From Histomonas meleagridis 2922-C6/04-290x (Eukaryota > Protista > Parabasalia), in the NCBI GenBank assembly GCA_020184695.1, contig JAANOX010000224.1, forward strand, positions 1 through 64,000: a stretch of 64,000 nucleotides of DNA, read 5' to 3'. The number at the start of each line of letters is the position of its first letter. Position 1 is the first letter of the stretch. The translations under genes were made by a program, and so were the position numbers. Below the pieces are notes generated by a model. The model saw nothing but the letters and a program-made list of their open reading frames with translations, did not search any database and was not told where the DNA came from. Shown here one piece after another: positions 55,341-64,000 of this stretch.

Positions 55341-56441
55341 TTAGAAGCATTTCAAGTGTACAATTGAGTTTCCTGTTTCATCATATTCTTCTTTTGTTAT
55401 CCACATTTGACTAAATGTTGCCAATGATGCTAAAACAGATCCACCAATCCAAGCCGAGATATCTCTATTCTTTGGCGCCATTATGCGTAAATTTGTTTCA
55501 GCTAGTTTCGATACATCTTTTTTCAACCTCTCACTTAAACCAGGTAACATAGATGTTCCTCCTGCAAGCAAAATATTGCTACAAAAATGTGCTCTTAAAT
55601 CTCCACATTTATCAAGAGTCTCATTAACAAGAATTGGGAGCCCAGGCTGCTGAACTTGCACCATTGGTGGGTCAAAAAGTGGTTCAGTGCATTTGAAGCG
55701 TTGAGTAGAAAGTGCAATTTCATTATCATTTGAAATAGGATACTTTATCGCAAACTCATTAAGATACTCGGCTTTCTGCATCTCAGCGTCGACATCAAGT
55801 GCAACATAACAATACTTTTCTTTGATGTCTCGAAGAATCTTAGATTCAGAACTCTTTTGTAATGTAATATCGCTTTGGGATAGAAGCTTCTTAAGTGCCT
55901 CATTGATGTGAAAACCACCAATGTCGAGTTTGGAAAGAATATGCGTCATTGCATAACATTCAAAAATTGGTAATATATTAACACTCGTCAAACCAGCATC
56001 AATAACAAGACCTGTGGTTTGACCAGAATGATACAAAGAAAGAATTTCGGGAAATGTTGAGTAATATGAAGGAACTTGAAATTTTTCCATCATGATTTCA
56101 ATTGATCTTTCTCTTGATATTTTTGTTGCATATGGAGATTCTGTGATAAGAACTGGATGTTCTTCTGGTTTAAGTTTGAGTTTATTTTGGATGATTTCTT
56201 TCCAAATTTGTTCTATTGATTCATAGTCTACAATTGTACGATTTTCGATTGGACATGTTACTGATTTCGTGTTTTTTCGTCGGAGAGCATCATGTCCAAT
56301 ATAATAATTAATTTCTTCACTTTTATGTTTCCTTTTGGACCCAATATATGGGGGCACTGAAACTGCTGGTTCAGGTTCACCGCTCAACCCTGCACGGATT
56401 AAATAACTACCGTTATCAATCACAATGGTACTAATTTCCAT
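55341..56441 (-). CDS. Actin-related protein
   Basis: IVIDNGS, PIENRTI, HPVLITE, NILLAGGTSMLPG, AWIGGSVLASL, C-terminal KCF. Confidence 0.93.
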   Translation of the reverse strand: MEISTIVIDNGSYLIRAGLSGEPEPAVSVPPYIGSKRKHKSEEINYYIGHDALRRKNTKSVTCPIENRTIVDYESIEQIWKEIIQNKLKLKPEEHPVLITESPYATKISRERSIEIMMEKFQVPSYYSTFPEILSLYHSGQTTGLVIDAGLTSVNILPIFECYAMTHILSKLDIGGFHINEALKKLLSQSDITLQKSSESKILRDIKEKYCYVALDVDAEMQKAEYLNEFAIKYPISNDNEIALSTQRFKCTEPLFDPPMVQVQQPGLPILVNETLDKCGDLRAHFCSNILLAGGTSMLPGLSERLKKDVSKLAETNLRIMAPKNRDISAWIGGSVLASLATFSQMWITKEEYDETGNSIVHLKCF

Positions 56442-56513
56442 ATTTGATAAACCTCTGTCACTTTTTATCTTTTTACGTTATTGTCAGCAAATTCATCAAC
56501 ACAAAAAATACAA

Positions 56514-58130
56514 ATGCTGAGTGCAGGAGAAACAGACATTCAAAATAAAGAAAAACCAAAACGTTTTGACTTCAAACTTCCTGCTATATCAACAGAATCT
56601 GCTTCTTATGTAATTCTATATCCACCAAACTCAAAACAGGGAAATGAAGCCGCGACACGCTTTAAAACATCATTGAAAAAAATGGAGGAATATTATCGAT
56701 ATTTTGACAACAAAGTAAATTCTCAAAAAATCAAATTTTATAACTATCAAATAAATTTAGAATTACCAAATATTAATCCAATCGCTCGTTACTGTGCTTT
56801 AAAGCTCGAAAGAATGGATAATAAATTGCAACTTTTATATCACAAATTGTATGAAAAAGGGCGTGATATTTCATCAGAAGTAATCTCTTTTTTAAAACAG
56901 TGTAAATCTAGTGGCTCTATTTCCGTCGTGTGTAAATATCAAGAATTTTGGAAATCAATGAATTCGTCAATCCAAAACAATCAATATCTAGATAAATACA
57001 GAATAAGGATACAGCGGCTCAATAACTATGCTTTAACTCTCAAAAAATTCAAACAAATCCCAGATGTATCAATAAATGAAATTCATGTTCAATTAGAAAT
57101 AGCTTCCAAAAATTTCATTCCTTTTATTGATTATTGTCCACCATCAGCATTTGACCAAATATTTTATGATTATATTTGTTGCAACAACATGCTTTCATAT
57201 TTTGATAAAATTATTTCCAAAATTGCATCTGATCCTCGGATATCAAATCCTAAAACCCAAACACATTTTAGTCTTCCTAAAGCACAATTTTCATCATCGC
57301 CTTCATTAGGAAGTTTTTCATCACAAGAAGAATTATCAGAAAGTGTAATTCTTAAAAAACCTAAAGAAATCCCAAAGAAGAAATATACAATAGACCTGGC
57401 AGATCTCGTTGAACTTATGAAGTTATTTTTAAAAAAACTATCTATTAAATCCAATTCCTTGCAGTCGGTAGTCAACTGCAGTATAATTCGAATATTTTTC
57501 GACCGTTTATATATCGTAAAGCCGTCAATTTTAAAAAGTGACGATGAAACTTATTTTTTTGCTGAAAAGTGCGCGTTATTAAAATCTTCAACACCATATG
57601 ATATGTCTATACCCACCACACTCATTAAGGAAGAATTTTCAAATGTTCCATGTTCAATAATTTATACTAATTCACCAATAATGAAAGATGCACTTAATGA
57701 TTTAGAAATGATACAATTCTTAACAAATCCTATTGACATTATTTATAATGTTTTTGATTCTTTAAAATGTGTTGAGGTGTTTTCTGAGAAAAATAGATTA
57801 GAACAAAAATATGGAATTTTTGCTTCGATGTTTTCAGGAGCTAAAAATGAAAAAAGTAATTTATCTTTCGATGATATTTTTGCTCTTTTTATATCTGTTG
57901 TGGCTAATTCTTATCCTGCGAATTATGAATCTGTGTGTTCTTTGTTGGAGGCGATAAGAAATTTGAAATTTTCTTCTCATCTCGAATTTGCAAAAAATCT
58001 TTTGGAATCTGCTTATAATTATATATCAGAAATGAATGTAAATGATTTGTTCAGACAACCTAATGACCATAGAGATCCTTTGAACTTAATGGTGGTTGCT
58101 TCAAATGATGCAGAAGAGAGCATAATATAG
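56514..58130 (+). CDS. Hypothetical protein with C-terminal VPS9-like domain
   Basis: NPIDIIYNV..LSFDDIFALF motif resembles the VPS9 core. Confidence 0.6.
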   Translation: MLSAGETDIQNKEKPKRFDFKLPAISTESASYVILYPPNSKQGNEAATRFKTSLKKMEEYYRYFDNKVNSQKIKFYNYQINLELPNINPIARYCALKLERMDNKLQLLYHKLYEKGRDISSEVISFLKQCKSSGSISVVCKYQEFWKSMNSSIQNNQYLDKYRIRIQRLNNYALTLKKFKQIPDVSINEIHVQLEIASKNFIPFIDYCPPSAFDQIFYDYICCNNMLSYFDKIISKIASDPRISNPKTQTHFSLPKAQFSSSPSLGSFSSQEELSESVILKKPKEIPKKKYTIDLADLVELMKLFLKKLSIKSNSLQSVVNCSIIRIFFDRLYIVKPSILKSDDETYFFAEKCALLKSSTPYDMSIPTTLIKEEFSNVPCSIIYTNSPIMKDALNDLEMIQFLTNPIDIIYNVFDSLKCVEVFSEKNRLEQKYGIFASMFSGAKNEKSNLSFDDIFALFISVVANSYPANYESVCSLLEAIRNLKFSSHLEFAKNLLESAYNYISEMNVNDLFRQPNDHRDPLNLMVVASNDAEESII

Positions 58131-58467
58131 GGAATTCTTATTTTGTTTGTTTATTTTTTAGAGATTTAAATAAAAGCATTAATGTCTGTGAAATTTTTAA
58201 TACCTAATAACATTCTTGTGTAAATCATCACTAAAGTTGTGTGACGTAAATTTTCAAACAAGTTTAAAAAGCACTTTTGCCCTCATTGGTGCCAGTAAAT
58301 TTTTTCTATAATCATACATTTTGCAACAGAAAGCGGTTATAAATCATCGAAATGTTGAGTATGCCAACAAAATTCGATTGAATATTTCAATACTACCCAC
58401 TAAAAATTCTGTTATGAACGCGATTCAATTTTGATAAGCTTAAAATGATTTGTTCAAATCACATTTA

Positions 58468-59325
58468 ATGCAGAGAAGAGAAATAAAATCAGGAGAAGTA
58501 ATTTCTCATTATATAATTGATAAAAAAGTTGGTGAAGGAGGGTATGGTGCTGTTTATTCTGTTTTTGATCAAAATGATAATCAAAAGTATGCAATGAAGA
58601 TTGAATATATGAATGCAAAAAAGAAAGGTTTAACAAATGAAATTCGTGTTTTGTACGAATTGAATGATTGCCCTTACTTTCCACATTTAATTGATGACGG
58701 TGTTGGTGATGACTTTATATATTATGTCATGGAACTTTATGGGCCTTCTCTTCATAAAATTCAAAGAGAAAGTAACAAGAAAAAATTCCCTATAAATCTT
58801 GCTACAAAAATTGGATTAGAAATGCTTCATGCTATTGAAGCATTACATAAAAAAGGGTTTGTACATCGTGATATAAAACCATCTAATTTCTTAATTAATC
58901 AAGATTCTGAACAACATATTATGCTTGTTGATTTTGGTCTCACAGAAAAATATTTAGAAAGAAATAACAAAATTCGTCCATATTTATATCATACAGGGTT
59001 TCATGGAACATCACTTTATGCTTCAATTAATATACACCATGGGATAAGATACTCACCAAGAGATGATTTATTATCATGGTTTTATTCTCTAATTGAGATT
59101 GCAAAAGGAAAACTCCCATGGGATAAAAAGATGAATAGAAAACAGATTCAAAGAGCAAAGGAATTTATTCCTTCTATGAAAATATGTAGTGGACTTCCAT
59201 TTGAATTTGATGAAATATACTTTTATTTAAAGAAGCTTAGATATGATAAAATACCAGATTATAAATATTTGGAAAAACTAATGAAACATGCAATTAAGAA
59301 AACAGAAAAAGATAATACAAAATAA
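58468..59325 (+). CDS. Casein kinase 1 / TTBK-family kinase
   Basis: GEGGYG, AMKIE, MELYGPSL, HRDIKPSN, DFGL, GTSLYAS, RDDLLSW. Confidence 0.93.
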   Translation: MQRREIKSGEVISHYIIDKKVGEGGYGAVYSVFDQNDNQKYAMKIEYMNAKKKGLTNEIRVLYELNDCPYFPHLIDDGVGDDFIYYVMELYGPSLHKIQRESNKKKFPINLATKIGLEMLHAIEALHKKGFVHRDIKPSNFLINQDSEQHIMLVDFGLTEKYLERNNKIRPYLYHTGFHGTSLYASINIHHGIRYSPRDDLLSWFYSLIEIAKGKLPWDKKMNRKQIQRAKEFIPSMKICSGLPFEFDEIYFYLKKLRYDKIPDYKYLEKLMKHAIKKTEKDNTK

Positions 59326-59461
59326 AAATAAAGAAATTGTGTTTAATTGAAAATCTATAATAAATAAATGCGTTGTTATTTAACATAAACATTTTTTGAG
59401 AATAAAAGTGATCATTGTTTGAACACGGTGTGTCGATTGGCACTTCTCGATTTGAAAAAAA

Positions 59462-59661
59462 TTGAACGTATCGGATTTTTTGATTTCGTAAATCATGCAA
59501 ATAAAAAATTTGCCTATTCAATTGTGTTTCAATATAAATAATCTTGCCCAAAATATTCTATGATAATATAAAATGACATATACGATACAATATAAATTTG
59601 TTTCTGAAAATTATGAATATTATGACGAGATAGATTGAATAATGGATATCGTTGCATTCAT
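59462..59661 (+). repeat. Dispersed non-coding element, copy 2 (upstream of ankyrin locus C)
   Basis: Homologous to 36350-36612 with an internal deletion. Confidence 0.8.
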
Positions 59662-59962
59662 CATCAATCATTTGTTGGTATGTTTTAAAATGTGATGTTT
59701 TATATAACTGAACAAAAAATACGTGCAATTATGACATAAAAATAAATTTATGAAAATAAATAGATAATATTGTATATTAAAATATATCAAGTTGACATTT
59801 GTGGATATCGATATTACTTGATTATCGAACATTTGCATTAGATCAATAAATGTTGTTTATTCACCAGATATAATCATTAATTCAATAAAAATATAACGAG
59901 AGATTACCTGTAAAATTTTCTGAGGTACCACGGCAAAAACGGTCGCCCATACATTATTTTAA

Positions 59963-62900
59963 GTGGGGGGAAATCAAAGTCAAGCGATTATCAAATACAA
60001 TGAAAACCTTCAAATATTGCAAGCTATTGAGAGAATTATTTTCGATTTAAATGAGGAAAATATTGATCAATCAGTCGAATCTTCTTTTCAATACTTTTCT
60101 CAAAAATTTCCAATTTCATTCCTTCATATTATTAGCAGAATTATTTATTCATATTTTGTTTCAAAAGGATTTGAAAAATTGTGTATCAAATATTTACAGA
60201 AAGCAGAAATAAAATCAAATAATACCTTAATTAATGTTGTTACTCAATTTTTATTATCAATTAATAACGAAGAATCAAATTATCTTCTTGAAAAAATGAT
60301 TGAAAGCAAATTAATAGAACCAAAAATTATTCAAAATAAAAATAAACCTTTTTATATACATTATGTTTCAGAAGAAGAATTCATAAAACTGCAATCTCAA
60401 AGGCTTATATTCAAAAATGAAAATAATTTCAAAGATCTTTCTGAAAATTTTGAACTTCATAAGAAATATGTTAAGAATGGGCACAATCCAAATAAAATTG
60501 CAACAATAATTCGTAATGATGAAGTCGAAAAACTTCAAGAAATATCATCACAAACAAATTTTAATTTTAATCAAATAATTGAACCATCACTTTATGAAAG
60601 ACATTCATTTATTAACAAACCAAATGTTACATTCATTGATTATGCAGCATTTTTTTCTTCGGTTAAATGTTTTAAATATTTACTTATGAATGGAGCAAAT
60701 GTAATAAACACAGGTAAATATGCAGTTGCAGGTGGAAATGAAGAAATCATTCATTTATGTGAACAAAATCATTCGACATTTGAAGATGATTATGAAACAG
60801 CAATTATGTTTCATCGAAATAATATCTTTAAATATATTTATGAAAATAAAATTAATCCTGATAATAATTTAGAAGAATTAGGGAAAGAATGTATTTTACA
60901 TGATAATTTTAATCTTCTTTCATTTTTAAAAGAAGAAGGAATGAATATCAATAAGATTCATATCATTAATTCTATTAAAACAGGAAATATTTTTATTTTT
61001 TTTATATTTCCTCGGAAATAATAAAATTTCACTAGATTTTTTAGAGATTTCAGAGATTTCTATTAAGGAAGAATTTCTTGACTACCTTATTAAACATAAA
61101 TATATTAATTTAAAGAGAAGTGTTTGAAAATTTTATTGAAATTTTATTAAAACGATTTGATATTTTAAAATATGATTTAAATTTTTATTATAAAATTTAA
61201 TACAGCATTTCATATAGCAGTTAGAAATAATAATATAGAAATAGTAAAATTCCTTTTAGATAAAGGAATTGATGTTAATGCAATAAATATTCATTTGAAT
61301 TTTTTGAAATATGTTTTAATAATTTGGAATATGTTTTAATAATTTGAAACAGCACTTTATATAGCAGCTAAAAATAATAATATAGAAATAGTAAAATTAC
61401 TTTTAGATAAAGGAATTGATGTTAATGCAAAAACTATTCATTTGACTGATTTAAAATATGTTTTAATAATTTTATGTATGTTTTAATAATTTGTAATACG
61501 TTTTAATAATTTGTAATACGTTTTAATAATTTGTAATACGTTTTAATAATTTGGAATATTTTTTAATAATTTAAAATATGTTTTAATAATTTTGGATATG
61601 TTTTAATAATTTAGAATATGTTTTAATAATTTGAAACAGCACTTCATATAGCAGTTAAAAATAATAATATAGAAATAGTAAAATTACTTTTAGATAAAGG
61701 AATTGATGTTAATGCAAAAACTATTCATTTGAATAATTTGGAATATGTTATAATAATTTTATATATGTTTTAATAATTTGAAACAGCACTTCATATAGCA
61801 GTTAAAAATAATAATATAGAAATAGTAAAATTACTTTTAGAACAAAAAGGAATTGATGTTAATGCAAAAGATATTCATTTGAATAATTTGGAATATGTTT
61901 TAATAATTTGAAATATGTTTTAATAATTTGAAACAGCACTTCATATAGCAGTTAAAAATAATAATATAGAAATAGTAAAATTACTTTTAGACAAAGAAAT
62001 TGATGTTAATGCAAAAATTATTCATTTGAATAATTTAAAATATGTTTTAATAATTTTGGATATGTTTTAATAATTTGAAATATGTTTTAATAATTTGTAA
62101 TACATTTTAATAATTTGAAATTTGTTTTAATAATTTTATATATATTTTAATAATTTGGAATATTTTTTAATAATTTAGAATATGTTTTAATAATTTGATA
62201 TATGTTTTAATAATTTTATATATGTTTTAATAATCTTATATATGTTTTAATAATTTGGAATATGTTTTAATATTTTTGGATATGTTTTAATGATTTGTAA
62301 TATGTTTTAATAATTTGGAATATGTTTTAATATTTTTGGATATGTTTTAATAATTTAAAATATGTTTTAATAATTTAAAATATGTTTTAATATTTTTATA
62401 TGTGTTTTAATAATTTAAAATATGTTTTAATAATTTAGAATATGTTTTAATAATTTGAAATATGTTTTAATAATTTGAAACAGCACTTCATATAGCAGTT
62501 AGAAATAATAATATAGGAATAGTAAAATTACTTTTAGATAAAGGAATTGATGTTAATGCAAAACTATTCATTTGAATAATTTTGGATATGTTATAATAAT
62601 TTTATATATGTTTTAATAATTTGAAACAGCACTTCATATAGCAGTTAAAAATAATAATATAGAAATAGTAAAATTACTTTTAGATAAAGAAGGAATTGAT
62701 GTTAATACAAAAGATATTCATTTGAATAATTTGAAATATATTTTAATTATTTTGGATATGTTTTAATAATTTTATATATGTTTTAATAATTTGAAACAGC
62801 ACTTCATATAGCAGTTAAAAATAATAATATAGAAATAGTAAAATTACTTTTAGAACAAAAAGGAATTGATGTTAATGCAAAAGATATTCATTTGAATAAT

Positions 62901-63184
62901 TTGGAATATGTTATAATAATTTTATATATGTTTTAATAATTTGAAACAGCACTTCATATAGCAGTTAAAAATAATAATATAGAAATAGTAAAATTACTTT
63001 TAGATAAAGAAGGAATTGATGTTAATACAAAAGATATTCATTTGAATAATTTGAAATATATTTTAATTATTTTGGATATGTTTTAATAATTTGGAATACG
63101 TTTTAATAATATTTTACTGCGACTCAAATTGCACATCAAACAGGTTACACAGAAATAGGAAATTTACTTCATGAAAAAAAATAA
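59963..63184 (+). CDS. DUF3447-type ankyrin protein, locus C, with ten 20-nt-unit linker arrays
   Basis: DUF3447-like N-terminus (begins GTG-GGG-GGA, no ATG). One extra T in the run 60996-61003 and one missing A near 62563 (possible homopolymer errors). Nine near-identical TA(L/F).IA..NNNI.IVK segments, then a terminal TATQIAHQTG..EKK-TAA at 63182-63184. Confidence 0.7.
61122..63115 (+). repeat. Ten arrays of 20-nt units (consensus ATATGTTTTAATAATTT-NNN) of 4,3,10,3,3,23,3,4,3,4 units between ankyrin segments
   Basis: Arrays: 61122-61201, 61289-61348, 61436-61635, 61723-61782, 61873-61932, 62020-62479, 62566-62625, 62716-62795, 62886-62945, 63036-63115. Confidence 0.93.
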
Positions 63185-63319
63185 AAATATAAAATTAAAA
63201 ATAAAGTACAAACAAAAATTTTAATTCAGATTCCTCTTCTACATAAAATCTTCATTCTCAATAAGAAATGGAAATAAAGCACATATTGCTAATAACATTA
63301 AAATCAACTTGAAGATCAA

Positions 63320-63592
63320 ATGTTCGCAAGAAACACTAGAAAGAAAAGTAAAACAAAAGTTGATATAAACATACAAACAACCATATTTCCAGAGCATAGC
63401 GGTCTTCGGAATTTGAAAAAAAAGAATATCACATTAAGGGTCTACTCAAATCGTAAAATTATGTACGTTAATTTTTCTGAGGTTTACTTGAAAAAATCTA
63501 AGATTAAAAAAATCATAGAGAATTTGTACGAAAATGCCTCCTCTCAAATTGAGGAATCTTTATGCCAAGAACTTGACAAGAGTCAGCTTTGA
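63320..63592 (+). CDS. Small hypothetical ORF, 90 aa
   Basis: ATG-started basic ORF with no recognisable motif. Confidence 0.25.
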   Translation: MFARNTRKKSKTKVDINIQTTIFPEHSGLRNLKKKNITLRVYSNRKIMYVNFSEVYLKKSKIKKIIENLYENASSQIEESLCQELDKSQL

Positions 63593-63812
63593 TAGAATCC
63601 AAATTTTGGAATTATCAGGTTGTCATTAAAATTAATATCCCATGTTCTAACCATTCCGTACCATTGACCTGAGTGTTTTTATGGGAACAAGTTTCGAGAA
63701 TCCTAGGATATTATGTTGCTGAGGTTTAAACACCCCATCTCAGTAAGGAGAGTACGTTAAAAATGTTTGAGAGAGTGTGTTCAGAATTACTGGAAGGAAA
63801 AAATCAAAAAAT

Positions 63813-63884
63813 TGGAAATATGGGGGATTGAACCCCAGGCCTCCACTATGCTAAAGTGGCGCTCTCCCACTGAGCTATACTCCC
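63813..63884 (-). tRNA. tRNA-Ala (anticodon AGC)
   Basis: GGGAGTA TAGCTCAGTGGGAGAGC G CCACT-TTAGCAT-AGTGG AGGCC TGGGG-TTCAATC-CCCCA TATTTCC A: full cloverleaf with the G3:U70 Ala identity pair. Confidence 0.97.
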
Positions 63885-64000
63885 TTACATATATTTCATA
63901 ATTATAATATATTTAGTGATAATTTTTAGTCATCCTAAAGTCGAACAAACCTTGAAGAATCGAGAATTAAAAATGTTTTCAGACTTAATTGAGTTAATCA

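Noticed and set aside
61122-63115. CRISPR array or telomere-like repeat
   Set aside because: The variable part is only 3 nt, the context is eukaryotic with no cas genes, and the arrays sit precisely inside ankyrin codon frames.

Overview
AT-rich, gene-dense eukaryotic DNA with essentially no spliceosomal introns. It is most consistent with a parabasalid protist (Trichomonas/Tritrichomonas-like), judged from DUF3447-type ankyrin genes, BspA-type LRR, expanded TKL kinases and TCA(C/T)T Inr motifs just upstream of ATGs. Housekeeping content includes GCN1, two head-to-head ABCB half-transporters, proteasome beta5, eIF4E-like, PLAA/Doa1-like, TTC4/Cns1, twinfilin, Cdc25, PKA-C, an actin-related protein, CK1 and tRNA-Ala(AGC). 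Main discovery: in three DUF3447-ankyrin loci (22.8-26.0, 36.8-38.2 and 60.0-63.2 kb) the beta-hairpin linker of every C-terminal ankyrin repeat is replaced by an array of exact 20-nt units, each a 17-nt AT-rich spacer followed by one triplet. Deleting the spacers by hand restores textbook linkers (KN-RNGW-TAL, KD-KDGK-TAL, KD-SYGK-TAL, KD-EWGF-TA). It also turns locus A into one uninterrupted ORF of about 789 aa. None of the 112 triplets is a stop, and the conserved Gly is kept by synonymous codons. The spacers lack GT-AG, so this points to a non-spliceosomal, codon-by-codon decoding system. In locus C the arrays have 3 to 23 units with hypervariable triplets, suggesting a diversification mechanism. 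A frameshifted secreted polyprotein with eight antimicrobial-peptide-like helices lies at 1.6-3.7 kb. All counts and decodings were done by hand; no database searches were run.
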